DNA of 63,721 bases, filler included, from Choristocarpus tenellus KU-1152 (GCA_964200185.2; 10 parts of 10 records of this genome joined end to end with filler, not necessarily neighbours in it); one strand, 5' to 3'; positions 13,021 to 25,906 are shown, numbered from the whole stretch's first letter. The notes: generated by a model from the letters alone, not told the origin. Numbers and translations: made by a program.

Positions 13021-16000
13021 TAGAGTATGGCAATGTAAATTGCAGTAGCTGTTCAAAAAGAACTGAGGACAGTACATCGTAGCGTATTTCACATTTTGGA
13101 GCATACTTCCTTGTCAAGATACATGCAGAAGTGCTGCTATAGTGCACAATGTGGAATGGATGGAGACACACCAAGACTCATCAAGTTTGGTTGAGAACAA
13201 TCAACCTCAAGTTCTTATTTAGTTGCATTTGGAACGAGCAGTAGATTGCTTCCATGCTTTCACTCCCTTGTACTACACATGTTGAACAGGATTAATATCT
13301 CTGATTCACAACTTTCCCCTGGAAGGGGAGGGCTAAAAAGTACAGGACCTGTAGGATGGAGTGTATTGTGATGTAATAATTGACATACGTAAATCTCGAA
13401 ATATCATGTGGTATACTTTGTCTATACAGTTTGTTCATTTGGGGGTGTTCTATTTTATAAAGAATTATCCTACCAATAGCAGGTATTACTCCTAGATATA
13501 CCCAAGAGTGTTTACTACTCCACAATATGGATTGGATGTGATCATTTCAAGAAGTGCGAGCTGTTGGGCGGCTACCCTTTCCTCTATCTTTTTCAGCCTG
13601 AAGACGTTTATGCCATTGCTCTGCTGTGTATTTTTGCCAGGTTTTCGGTTTTCCACCCCGGTAGCGTAAGAAACATTCTGGTGTATATGGTACACATCAT
13701 GCTAGAAATCAACAGGGCAAATAATTTGATCAGCACAAAGATGAGGATAAATGTGTGTGGTTGTACCCCAATGTAAGGTGATGAAGCAGTTCTCCACCCC
13801 TGTTCACCGCCTTTTGGATTCAAGGCAATGTATTAATGTAGTTGGAAGTCTTCTTGCAGAGCCATATCTTTGCATGCTTTGCGGTTGTTATTGATAATTG
13901 TATCTTTATGACTGTACTTGTATGATTATATCTATCCCCTTGTTGTGCAGCAGTGTGTTATGAAGGTATTTGCTGTTCCTCCATCAGGACATAATACAGA
14001 GGTGATGAATAGAACAACCTACAAGTAGTTGTTTCATTTGGTGGTAGTGACATATCCAAAACTTGAGACAGCACTATCGAAAGGGAGCAAGTCTTTCTTG
14101 TCAATGTCTGGGTAGTCCATTTTGTCTGGGGTTGTCTGTGATGACCAGGTGGATTCACAATGAAGAATGGAGAAGAAGAGCATTTGAGCATTTGAGCATT
14201 TTAGCATTCAGCACATCACATAACCTGCACTACCACTTTGTAGCCTGCATTTTTTGTAATGTCAGGGCACTGCTTGTTACCAATTCAGAGGCAATCTCAG
14301 AGGTATTCCTTGAACGTTGGAAATATGTTACAACTTTGTCTCAGTTCTTTGCAGATACCCTGCGAGGTCATATCATCTGAACTTTCAGGTGTGGTGAAAT
14401 AGTGTACATGACCCAACCTTACTGTTGACACAGCAAGTGACATGATTGTTCATGCAGCTCAGTGGCAGTCTACTATTTATAGCATCATTTTTCAAAGGAA
14501 TATAAGCCAAACCATTTGATAGGCAGACAAGCTTGCATTTCAAGGGTCCTGAGAAAGGGTGAGACATTGCTTTTGTACAGTTGCCCAAAGAGGCTTGCTC
14601 AATTGGGATGACGTGATGCGTGTAGGAAGGGGGAAATATCGATTTTATCTACACTACGAAAATAAAAAATCCAATGTAGTACTACTGCACAAGGCAATAA
14701 AGATTACTTAGAATGCAGGAGGGCCCAAACCCATGTACCTCTCAATTAGCTTGGTTTGTATGCAAGTTCAAATCTTGTTGGCATTAGATGTCTTTCCAGG
14801 GATATTTGCTGGACATAGCTCCAGATTGGCAGTTACCCAGACAGATCCATAGCCCGGTTCCGTGAAGGTTTTTGTGACCTGACCAGGCTCCATTTGCAAA
14901 ATATTTGACCAGCACTAACCCTAACACTAGTATCATCTTAATTCAATCTATACATTGAAGCATTACTCTGGAGTATACATTTTTATGTCCTTAACATTTA
15001 TTGTATGAAGTTGCAAGTATTTTAGTTTAGGACTATCTACAAGCATCTGCCTTGAAGCTTGAAAGTTACGGAACTCATATAATTCACAGTAGTAGTTCAC
15101 GACCACCCTCCCTGAGTGACCCTTTCAATATATATCTTGGTCAAGTCAGTTTTCAACTCAGTCCTGTTGAAGGCCTTAGTCTAACCCTTCAAAAAATATT
15201 TCTGAGTCAGTCATGACTTGGCCCTGTTAAAATATCGAGGCCTGTATGACCTTGTTAGAAAACATCCTTACTGACCGAGTATACTTGCAATGTGACAGCT
15301 TAACAGTTACTCTGATATTAGATTGACAATGTACATTGGGTGTTAGCCTACAATTACCTTGATACAGGACAAGTCCAGGTTCGAACCCTGGTTGGAGATG
15401 GAGTAGTACATCCAGGGAGTATATTGGCGGAAAGGCTTGTGATGGGCACCATGTCAAAATAGATACTGAACTCGTTTGTGCTCCTCTGTGAAACAAGTAC
15501 AAATGGTTCCCTCGTGAGCACAAGTTGGACAAGTAGCAGTCTGTTGATTTGTCAACACTTCATCATGATGTTGCAAGATTTGTCTCACACCACTCTCACA
15601 AATGTGAGTGAGTAAAAGACTGATTCGCATCCACAAATCAAAGAGCTAACTCCTAAATACTAACACATTTGTGAGGGTGTGCCCCAATGTGCATAACTTA
15701 GATTCATGACAGGAAAGACCATTGATTTGATTTGTTTTGTCTGAAGTGTGGCATGGTTTAATGAGAAATTATGGCATATTTTTTATTTATTCCAAACATT
15801 AAATACTCCAAGACAAGAAAATTGTGAGATCATCTTGTTGGACTGGAGAGACTTCCACACTAAGAAGTTCCGAACTTTTCTTCTCCTTCAAAAAGCAATA
15901 CAAATTATACAGATGATCCATGCCATAGTCACCAAACCTACAAGCAGATCACACCATACTTGATAATACTACTCAGCAACCAGCAATAGCTGCATGGATA

Positions 16001-17843
16001 CAACAACCTTTTAACAGCAAACCTCATTGTATAAAAACATATATTGTGCAAAACCATACACAATGCTTTAACTGCTGGGGGAGTCATTGAAACAACAACA
16101 GTGCGTGACGCATCAACAATTTTTATTTTTGCATATCCTAACACTACCATTAGCTCTGTGGCCATGTATCAATCTGACCATTCCCCGTCAGAAGCACCAT
16201 CGTCGTTGATTGCCTCATCCACCCCCATTGCCACTCCCATACTCCGATTTGGGTTATAGGCCGCATTCTGATTAGCCAGTGCAGTTAGGTGCTGGATGGT
16301 CTTTACAGCATGCTCTTCTTCCTGTTGAAGTAAATCATTGACATACCAGACATACCCAGTCCATAAAATGAGTGTGTTATCCACATGCACTAGCTCAATC
16401 AACACCTCCTTTTACAATTCCAAGAAAACAATAGTTTGAATCACCAAAGACACCCTGAAACATGTTACGGTAATCTAGTGTAAGAAGCATATTACATGCT
16501 ATTTAGAAGTATTTAGGACTATAATAGCATATTAATAATACTAACAATATCAATATAATAACTAATTGTGATCACACTGGTCATACCCACACCTGCTGAT
16601 GCCGTTCCATTTCCTCCCTGAATATCTTTGCTTTTGACACTGGGACATTGGTAGGTTGAGGTCGCTCAGAAAGAGGCACCATACCTGACATACAGTCCCG
16701 ATCACCCCAATGACCCCAATCATAGCCAAACAGAAAAAGTAAAAGATGTTGGTCCAAACTGCCCATTGATTGCATCAACTGCTTCGTAGCATAAACCATA
16801 CAGCATGTCAGTTGCACTTTAGTTGATGTACCAGACAAGCACTGCATCATGGTATCCATCGCCTCAACTCTCCTCTAACTCCCTAGATATCTTGTTCTTC
16901 TATAGGAAAGAGCATGTTAGACACACACCCCATCCCAGCAAAAAGGATTGATGCAAGATACTTCCACGTCATGAGTCCATTCACATCAAGTCACCAACAC
17001 GAGTGTCAAATGATATCAACCCACATCAATATACTATAGCGGAGAAGTCCTTCTTACTCTACCACTTGAAAAACATACCTGCAACCCAACAGGTACCACA
17101 TGTTTATACATTGCACCCCTTCACAACTCTGCACTGCAACATTCTTCAATCTACCAACTCACCGAGCTGAGGAGTTTTGGCCAGGGCTCCAACCTCCAAC
17201 ACAACAAACATTAACCTTGCTATCAAAGGAACTCATCAGTAAGAAGAGCCAGTCTCAAGATATGCTTAAGTTTGAAACTCACTTCAAATACTATGAACAC
17301 CACATGGAGAGCCAATGCGCATCTCACCTTCCGGGCACAATGAAGTGTATTGACGTCCTTCCACATCACCAGAGTTGGCACCTTCAAGCCACTCGGTGGA
17401 GGTCATGCAGGGGACAGAAGTGCGGACAGGCCTGAAAGGGACAAGACATATACACACCATATACACACTGTAAACTTTTGATCACTTGTTTTCAGAACCA
17501 TTTGATGCAAGCACTCCACTACACACCATCATTCACAAAAAATAAAAGACCCAAATNNNNNNNNNNNNNNNNNNNNNNNNNNNNNNNNNNNNNNNNNNNN
17601 TTAATTAATTAANNNNNNNNNNNNNNNNNNNNNNNNNNNNNNNNNNNNNNNNNNNNGGTTGTGTCACAGTAAGATTACGCTAGGAGAGCGACAATATGTT
17701 TCAGAAAGACTGACGAGACTCTGAGGTAGAAGGTGCATACGGTATTCTCCTTCCTTACCGCGAGGCGGGAGATTATCATAAACACATAAATATCATTTAA
17801 AAAAAGCGCTCGTAATCGTTTCCATTCTATCCATGAAGCTTAT

Positions 17844-17959
17844 GATTGATTTCCCAGCTCACCACGATTAATTAGTCGCTTCGACGATTGATTTCTCAGG
17901 AATACCACGATTAATCAGTCGCTTCGACGATTGATCTCCCAGCAAACCACGATTAATTA
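17844..17959. repeat. 42-43 bp minisatellite, about 2.7 units
   Basis: Unit GATTGATYTCYCAG-(3-4 nt)-ACCACGATTAATYAGTCGCTTCGAC. Confidence 0.9.
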
Positions 17960-18099
17960 CTACAAAAACGAGTTTGTACCACATCAATTATGTGCTGCTT
18001 TTTTAGGGCATGCCCATGGGTGAACAAAATCGGGGTAGGTACTGTAGAAGTAAAATAGGAAATAGAACATTTTTCTTTTTGTCACAAGTGTTGGTTCTA

Positions 18100-18280
18100 G
18101 GCATTTTTCAGACATACATGTCAATAGTTTTCATTAGTTTTTCCCCTCGCACATCTCTAAAATGTCGAAGGGCATAAAAATAATAACATAATAACATCCA
18201 AAATGTCAAAAGGCATAATAATAATAAGAATATATGCCTCGCACATCTCCAAAATGTCAGAGGGCAAAATAATAATAATA
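18100..18280 (+). mobile_element. Tandem 3' ends of a CRE-like LINE with (TAA)n tails
   Basis: Three near-copies of CACATCTCCAAAATGTCAGAGGGCATAATAAT in tandem. Confidence 0.65.
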
Positions 18281-18282
18281 TA

Positions 18283-18853
18283 TATTATTATGCCGTCTAA
18301 CATTTTGGAGATGTGTCAAGAAAAAAGGCATTCAATATCGTAAGTCTTGTAAAAGTAACAAATGTGGTAAATGTGAAAGGTATCTTCCATCTTTTTTCTG
18401 TTTGACTACTAGTTATGCTACACTACTCCCCTCCTATGCCTCCAATCTAGCTTAACCCTACACTACAGGGCGAAGAGTTAGGGAAGCATCCCGAGAATCT
18501 GACAGGCCCCTCCTTGCCTGTCTGCCTGGTGTCTCCAGCTTAAAACGCGCGTGACACGTCTTGATAGAGCCCCTTGTGTATTGACAGATACTCTGTCGAA
18601 AACGGGGTTTGATAGCTCCTTTCCTGCTGTAGCATCCCGATCCTCTACCCCCTACTGCGTGTGTAGCCAACTCATACAGAAAACGTTCTGCTTGCTTACC
18701 AAGGCGCCCAAAACTTTCCACCGTGGAGGTGTTGAGGTTAAAACTACAAGGGATAAATGAACCTTCGTAGTGGGTGCGCTTTTGCGCCTCAGCTCCAGGA
18801 ACAGCTACACCATTACTGGTGGATGAGTGGGTCAGATGGGATGCTACTTTCAC
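18283..18853 (-). mobile_element. 5'-truncated non-LTR retrotransposon (CRE-like restriction-like endonuclease C-terminus, 3' UTR and TAA tail)
   Basis: AEAQKRTHY...TVESFGRLGKQAERFLYELA...RFRQSI matches the ExxKxxxY / ExFGRxGxxAxxFLxxLA motif at the end of RLE-type LINE ORFs; ends in GGCATAATAAT. Confidence 0.75.
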
Positions 18854-19429
18854 TTCTACAAACGTAACATCAAGGAAGAGGTCTTTGTCCTTTTAGGGAG
18901 CTGATCCGTGTCTGCAAGTGCCCCAGCATGGAATACAAGTCACGGAAATTTCGGTCCACTGTGAATGGGCTACCAAATTCCATAGTGCAAGGGATGCCCA
19001 TTCCTTTGCAGAGTTGATCTGTTACAGGCGCCCCAGAAAGCTTACCTCCACAGGATGTATAGCTCCAATCTACGGACCTATAGATAATACTGATGTACGT
19101 ATAGGACTCCTGATGCACAAGTCGTCAGATATGCTGGATCTCTCACTTGAATTAACATCAATATCATCGTATAAGAAAGGAACTGATCCACAATGTCTTA
19201 TCACAATCGAGGACCATAATGACCAAATAATAATAAATAATCAAGAAGTACAAATATATCAAATCTGGAACTTCAATGTCATAATGGTGTTTATGAAACC
19301 GCCATCAAGACATATCGCCTGTAACAGATCTAGACGTACCTGTTTGAACAAAAATAACTCTGTAGCTAATGGATTGATATACTTCCGAAATGTAAGTTTT
19401 CTGGGATAAGTTGGGTACACATATAATAG

Positions 19430-19837
19430 GGTTAGGGGGATGGAAGGTCATAGCAGGAAAGGGGCTGTCAAATCACACACACGACATATAGTGCCAGCCA
19501 ATACACAAGTGACTCTATTGAGACATTTCACGCGTTTCAAGCTGGGAACACCAGACAGATGGGCAAGAAGGGTCCGGTCAGATTCTTTGGGTGCTTCCCT
19601 ACGTCCTCCCTCTCTTGTGTAGGGCTAAGTTAGGTTGGAGGCGTAGCAGCAATGTACACATAACATTGCAAGTACCAACCTTTGCGGAAGTGTTGAAGTA
19701 TAGGTGGTGCTCAAGTAATAGATATATTTTAGAGAGATATCTTTCACATTTACAACACCTATTACTTTTCAGGGGTCCTTATGATATTGGTTTGGACATT
19801 TCCCTCACATATCTCCTAGATGTTGGAGGGAAAAATA
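19430..19837 (+). mobile_element. 3' fragment of the same CRE-like LINE
   Basis: Homologous to 18290-18650 on the minus strand (SRKGAVKS...RFKLGTPDRWARR, TCTTTCACATTTAC, CTCACATATCTCC). Confidence 0.75.
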
Positions 19838-20030
19838 GTATGTATTAGAATTAAATGTTGTATTTTTTGTCTTCTTGCTACCTCCGTGCCATAAGTCTGT
19901 GCTGCATTGTCCATACCTTTTGGAGATGTTGATGAAATTCATTTCTGAAAGAAGATTTGGAATCCTTGACGAATTTGTGGTTAGGGTCAGCTCTTTTTGT
20001 TATCATTAATCCCCATCCATCACAATTTTA

Positions 20031-21250
20031 TCAGCCACACAAAAAGGCCTCCATGTCTACCTTCGGCGTGTTTTCAAGCTCTCCCGACAACTGCCTCTTC
20101 CTTACCCTTGTGTGCTCCACACTCAAGCCATTCCCCCCTTTGCATCTAAGTACTTGATTGTACATCACAAAAAGGAGCTGCGAAGCTCTCTCAAGTGTGG
20201 TTTCATCGTACTCCTCACACTGCTTCTTAATGACCTTCATCATCTCCTCGGCGAACCCAAACCACTCCTCCATCACCCGGCATTTCAAAGACCTGAAGAA
20301 GCACAGGTCCATGATATTGAGGTCAGGGGAGTTAGGTGTCTGCGTCACAAGCTTAATCGACCACCCCTCAGTCTTCCTTGCCCCTGACAAGATTTCTGAG
20401 TTGCCCTTGCTCGTGTGGGGGGTGGCACCGTCTTGCTGAACGACAATGCGCTTCCCCTGCGACCATGGCATCTTGGTCTTGATTGCAGGCAGTAACCCCT
20501 CCGTCTACCACTTCCTGTACCACAAATGGTCTAAAATATAGTCCTGCTCATACATATCCCCCTTTTTATGGTTCTTGCTTGTCCTGTCTGCCGTTTTTGG
20601 CGCATACACACGCCAAACACCAAGTTTTCCATCAAAGCTGTGAGCCGAATCTAAGCGAGCATTGGATGCAATGATCGTGGTTTTGGGGATATGACTCTTG
20701 TGCTGCACAGTAGGCGACCCTGGAAGGTCATTATCATCGTCATGCGGAAATACCCTAACCCTTTCCCCATCAGCCATCACGTAAACCAGGTTTCATCCAC
20801 ATGGATCGTGTTCGCCATGGAGGCGTACACACCACATTTCCGGTCCATTGGATTGCAAACAAAGTCCATTCTCCATGCCTTTTGCCACGATTTAAGCTCG
20901 GGTTTGATCCAGCAGCAACTCAGCATAGCCCCCGTATAATCCAACCACCTGTTTATGGTGCTCGTGCTATTATTCAGCCCCTTGGCGGCCATCTACATTG
21001 CCACCTGGTGCACTGTGGATGGCCGATTATCGGAGTTGATAGTATGTATTGCGGCCATCCTGATCAGTGTAGACTCCGAAGGCCACCTACTACGTGCCGC
21101 CACCCCTAGGTCAAGTGTGTGACCACGGGCGAGCTGATAGGCAACGTCCTCCCAGAGCCCTCACATGTAACACTCTGACACTCCAAAGTGTCACGGCAGT
21201 TTATGCTCACCAGGGAGCATCGAGAGGACGTGAGGCACTGCAAGTGCAAC
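20031..21250 (-). pseudogene. Decayed IS630-Tc1-mariner transposase of the plant/oomycete DD39D-like group
   Basis: Fragments IHVDETWF, VQHKSHIPK, FDGKLGVW, RTSKNHKKG, IVVQQDGATPH and QTPNSPDLNIMDLCFFRSL; broken by stops and a frameshift. Confidence 0.9.
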
Positions 21251-21491
21251 CTTGGTATTCAGGGACACTTTGGCACCCTTCCTACATGGGGGGGTTGATG
21301 AGGGGGTTGCCACACCGACGTAAACTATATATCTAGATATCTAGGTCGTGTGACAAGGTGGTAAAATACTCCTTGAAGTTGTTCCACAACGCCTGTGAAT
21401 CTGCTATGATTCCAGGAGGGCATAAACAAAGGGACAATCTTGATTTTGACTAAGATAATCGACAATCGACACACATTGTGGTGCATGTCTT

Positions 21492-21530
21492 GAGTGAAAG
21501 TATCTTAGAGGGGACCCAAAGTATCTGGGG
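21492..21530. mobile_element. Family A TIR (21492-21512) directly followed by a family B end (21513-21530)
   Basis: GAGTGAAAGTATCTTAGAGGG then GACCCAAAGTATCTGGGG at the contig break. Confidence 0.8.
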
Positions 21531-21630
21531 NNNNNNNNNNNNNNNNNNNNNNNNNNNNNNNNNNNNNNNNNNNNTTAATTAATTAANNNNNNNNNNNNNN
21601 NNNNNNNNNNNNNNNNNNNNNNNNNNNNNN

Positions 21631-24600
21631 GTAAGCAAGGCGCACTTCCTCCGGTTGCTCAGAGAGGAGAGGCCCAACATCAGGGTGAGGGTAGGAGGCG
21701 AGTTTATGAAATGTGACATATGTGTCACCTTAAAAGAGAAGCGTCACGGTGAGCCTGATGTAAAACCCACGAACGACTCCACCGTCCTCGAGGCCATCAA
21801 TAAGGAGCTGTCAGACCATCGAGAGGTATGTGTCCAGCATTAATTTTGCAACAAGCGTACAATGGCAACATGTCGCCGTCATTGCCCTCCATTTTCAACA
21901 TCTGTTTCCGTTTGCGAATGAAGACTCCCATGCAGGTGCTAATGGCAGCAGCCTAACCCTCACTCAGCGCAAAAACGTTCTTATTAACTGCCCACACACG
22001 TTGTATGATAGACTGCTTCCTGGTCGTCTACAACGGGATGTAGGAGGGACAGGTACTGTAGCGGCTTCTCAGGCCCCGTACGAACGTGCTTCCGACAATC
22101 CTCATAATACTGTGTTTGTATTGAACGCAGCATCAAAAAACATATCCAAAGACAAACATTTATTCTGACCTACACTCCATTTTGTTACTAACCTGATACG
22201 TGTTAACAAGTGGCCATTTTTTTACAACTCTGAGCAGATTTATTTGATTTACAGACGTAATGTTGCCCTCCCCCACTCGCCGAATTGTCCAACAGCACCA
22301 GCAGCGCCATGTGGGCCAAAGCCAACGGTAAACTTCTCGGGTTCGTGTTCATGTCCGTAGATGCCGCGAACCAGACAGCACACGCCCTCCCAGCACTTTA
22401 CCCACCTACCCACGGGTGTGACAGGTAACCACACGCACGCATAGTCCATCTGACAACAAGCCTGCAGCCGCACACAGAACAGAATAGACGACCCTGTTTT
22501 GTTCTACGAATGAGTGCAAAGTCCCAAGAAATAACCGCCAAAACATACTCACATAATTCCACTACCTATTCCGATCGTCATGATGACGACGCACCATAGA
22601 ACCTTTCCTTAGACGATTCTTTGATTCATGTCCTTCTTATCAGGGGCTACTCCGAGTGCCAGAAAATCATGATCGCACACATCGAAGGCCAGTTCGCAGA
22701 GGTGTTCTTCACTCCTACCAATCTTGGAGGAGGTACGTAATGTTGGTCGTGGCAAACAATCACATGACTGAATAGATGATTGTTGCACACGCACCACTTG
22801 ATTTTCCGTCGTGGCGAGTGGACCTGCCGAAGGATAGATACCCGAGGACGAGTACATCCTTACACCATGTGCCTACAGATACCGCAGCCCTAGTGAGCAG
22901 TCGATTAACTGATTATGCGCTGTGCTCCCCGACCATCCTACGCTTCAGCTTAGGGTTAGGGCGAGAGGAACGTAAGAGCTAATCAACAGAGGAGGGAAAC
23001 CCACACACATGTATATCAGCCACTCAGGCGTATGTTCTCTACATTGCAAAAACAAATTCCAATACTACTCTTTTTAGATCCAAATATTCAATGTGTAAGT
23101 AAGCAGAGTACTATTTGCCAACTAACGACGGACATCATCGTTCGCGCAGGTTGTAACCCTTGTCTGCACAGCCACCCACCATGCCCTCACAAGGCTTATC
23201 GACAAGTACCACAACAGCCTCGATCACGCTAGGAGTCACATCATCCAGCAAGCACATTGGCAGGTAAGAAAGTTTCATCTTCACACGACCTACTCAACAC
23301 ACACTCGCTGAATACTGGTCACCAAAAATCTAACTGCATGGTCTTTAGTTTTGGTTAGTGTGTTGCTTGTTGCATATATGATGGCGGTGACGTAGACCTT
23401 ACGCTCTAGCAGTACTGGAACATACATTGTTCCTCCACGAAACGCGGCGAAATGGTCTGACATATCGGCCTCACGCCTATCCCTCCCTCCCTCCCGACTC
23501 CCCAAACTGGACAGGTTGACAACTGCGTCTCAGAGAATAAGAACAATTTCTTCCTCGGATATGCAGGGCTGCTGGTTGCGGCGAGTGTCATTCGTGTGGT
23601 TGAGATACATTTTATGATGGTGGGGCACACGCACATCAAAATCGATCAGATGTTCTCCAGGTAATTAGGCAAGATATGCAAGTGTGATAGCCACATAGTG
23701 TTTTCATACGGACAGATACTACCTTGAGGCTTGCGGCTCACGCTTGTTGCATCCATGTATGGTATATAGTCATACACTGTAATTGATTGATTGGCTTTTG
23801 ATTTCCCCACCAAAAAATTGAAGGATAAGAGCAGCTGCCAAAACTGTTTCCTAACCTACTGTACAAACAAAACAATTAAAAAATGTACGCATCACCCCTT
23901 CTTACATCTATATTCCATATACATGCATCAGAGCATGTGCCTGCATATATATCTTGCTTCTCCACTTTGTTTCTTTGGCCCCCGCCTCAAAACTAACTTG
24001 CTTGCATTTCACCTTCAGGTTCTCAGGTTGTATCAAAGGGAAGAACATATTCACGAGAACACAGCTGGGTGAAGAGCTGCAGGCCTCTTACACCAGGTTC
24101 CTGTCTACTGGAAGACCCTACGAAACGACGGCAACTTCAAGGGACTCCTTGGCGGTCGCGTCAACTGTGTCCCGAACATCACGAGCTACAGAGCCTTTCA
24201 CATTGAAAAAGGCGGTGATGGGCGGGTTAAGGTTAGCGTTAAGCCATGCAAGCACAACACCGAATGGAGTGGGATAGACGTAGACCTTGCTATCGATCCC
24301 AACGCCCCTCTGCACAACCTCTTCATCGACCACCCGCCTCGGTACCAAGATGCACCACCCTACCAGCTCAAGAGCGTTCCTGATCATGTCATCCTCAAGG
24401 TGCAGCAGCGGTACCAGGCGTCGCACGAGCGCCTCCCTGCTGCGTACCCACTGGGTAAGTCGATTTTTTCGTGAGGGCAGTTGATGGCTAATTTTTGTAT
24501 TCAATGGCAGCCAAAACAAATTGGTGCAACTTCTGTAAGAGGCAGCCTTTATCCCCTTTACAAAAAGAATATCAAAACATTTTCCATTCTCCTGCGTAGT

Positions 24601-25597
24601 GATCATCGCATGTTACCATAAAAAGTACAATAGATTACCCCCAATAAATTTTGGGAGGGTACTGGTCTTGTACTCAACATAAACGAATCCGACGAAATAT
24701 ACACCCTCCCTCACACTGCATGCTCCCCGAGCGCATCCGTGAAACCTCACGCCTGCTTACAAAGTAACATTCATGCTTCCATACCGTCTCGTACTCATGG
24801 ATTCCACCTTCGCAGAAGATGAAGCCATTCGGAGAGCGAAACACGAGAGCCAAAGTATCTTAGAGGGTAGAGCCGCATCCATTAGGGGGCCAAATTCCAA
24901 TGTTGCGATTTTGATGAAGTTTTGGCTATTGTGTTTGTTAGGAAGTATCAAAATCCATGTTCCGGGCACACCTTTTAGCAACATACACACTTTACCGACT
25001 CCTAAATATTTTGGAGTAGGAAAATGTCATAAAAGATCCCATGGGAAGCCAAGCCCCAAATGGACAAAAAGGGAAAAACTCTTACCCTCTAAGATACTTT
25101 CACTCACGAGCAAAGCGAGTCTGTGCGACTTCTCAGAAAGACAGGGGAACGAGAGTTTGACCTCCCTGTCCATTGGCTTCCCACCGATGATGATGGCGCT
25201 GGAACTGGTACCAGCGATGTCGAAGACACCGACCAGGGTGAACGCTCGGGTGGAGGAGATAATCTCGTCAGCGGTGACAATGATCTCGGCGGGCTCGACA
25301 AAACAGACTCTTCCTCATCGGACACCAACAAGGAAGAAGCTGACTCCCGTCGATGGGGTTGGCCTCGTGCTACCTTGACATCGGCGAACCATGGAAACCT
25401 CGTCTCCGTGCAGAAACGCAGATTTGCCTTTTTTCTGGCAACGGAGGTGCCGCTCTTGGTCGACAAGATCCTAGCGGAGTGCGTCGGCGAGGACAGGGAG
25501 TGTGGGGTGGATATTCACTGGCTTCGGCCGACCTGCGACCGCACGCATGACAACGCCGTGTTCATTACCCTTGACAACTACAGGAAAAGTAGTTTTG
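21631..25597 (+). pseudogene. Intron-rich Sola-like DDD transposase pseudogene; exons <21631-21825, 22296-22424, 22644-22732, 23150-23263, 23515-23660, 24019-24454, about 24816->25597
   Basis: Spliced reading gives FMKCDICVTL (CxxC), FMSVDAANQTAHALP (first D), GGGCNLVCT...HWQ-VDNCVSENKNNFFL (second D), FMMVGHTHIKIDQMFSR (third D) and NFKGLL...ITSYRAFHIEKGGDGRVKVSVK. Frameshifts near 23157 and 24100 and a MITE in the last exon. A small exon near 22012-22052 is uncertain. Confidence 0.85.
24847..25105 (+). mobile_element. MITE family A inserted in the transposase exon
   Basis: GAG...CTC termini with ACGA on both sides; removing the element plus 4 bp restores RRAKHEQSESVRLLRK. Confidence 0.95.
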
Positions 25598-25697
25598 NNN
25601 NNNNNNNNNNNNNNNNNNNNNNNNNNNNNNNNNNNNNNNNNTTAATTAATTAANNNNNNNNNNNNNNNNNNNNNNNNNNNNNNNNNNNNNNNNNNNN

Positions 25698-25764
25698 CCG
25701 AGGGAAGTCAAGCCCCAAATGGACAAACAGGGCAAAACTCGTACCCTCTAAGATACTTTCACTC
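25698..25764 (+). mobile_element. MITE family A, right end
   Basis: GCCCCAAATGGACAAACAGGGCAAAACTCGTACCCTCTAAGATACTTTCACTC. Confidence 0.9.
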
Positions 25765-25906
25765 CATCAGAACATTGGATTTTGACCCCTCTATGACACT
25801 TTGACTCATATGGGGTCTCAGCACTTGAATCTGACAACCAAAAGCTATTAACACTAAGAGAAAGTACGCTTTCTCTTGCTGGGTAACTGACGTCATCAGG
25901 AACCTG

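Noticed and set aside
15375-15391. tRNA T-arm-like CCAGG-TTCGAAC-CCTGG (similar motif near 14763)
   Set aside because: No D arm, anticodon arm or acceptor stem found; at most a decayed SINE head.
13950-16860. Possible hAT-like or other decayed gene on the minus strand
   Set aside because: Stop-riddled fragments without a diagnostic motif.
17695-17740. CTGACGAG as a hammerhead ribozyme core
   Set aside because: No GAAA after a convincing stem II, and stems I and III cannot be formed.
17844-17959. CRISPR-like palindromic repeat
   Set aside because: Variable parts are only 3-4 nt, fewer than three full units, no cas genes, eukaryotic context.
24773-25378. 201-aa ORF and other ORFs sharing SYPLRYF, DAALPSKIL or PPPRYF
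   Set aside because: These are translations of MITE sequence, not a protein family.
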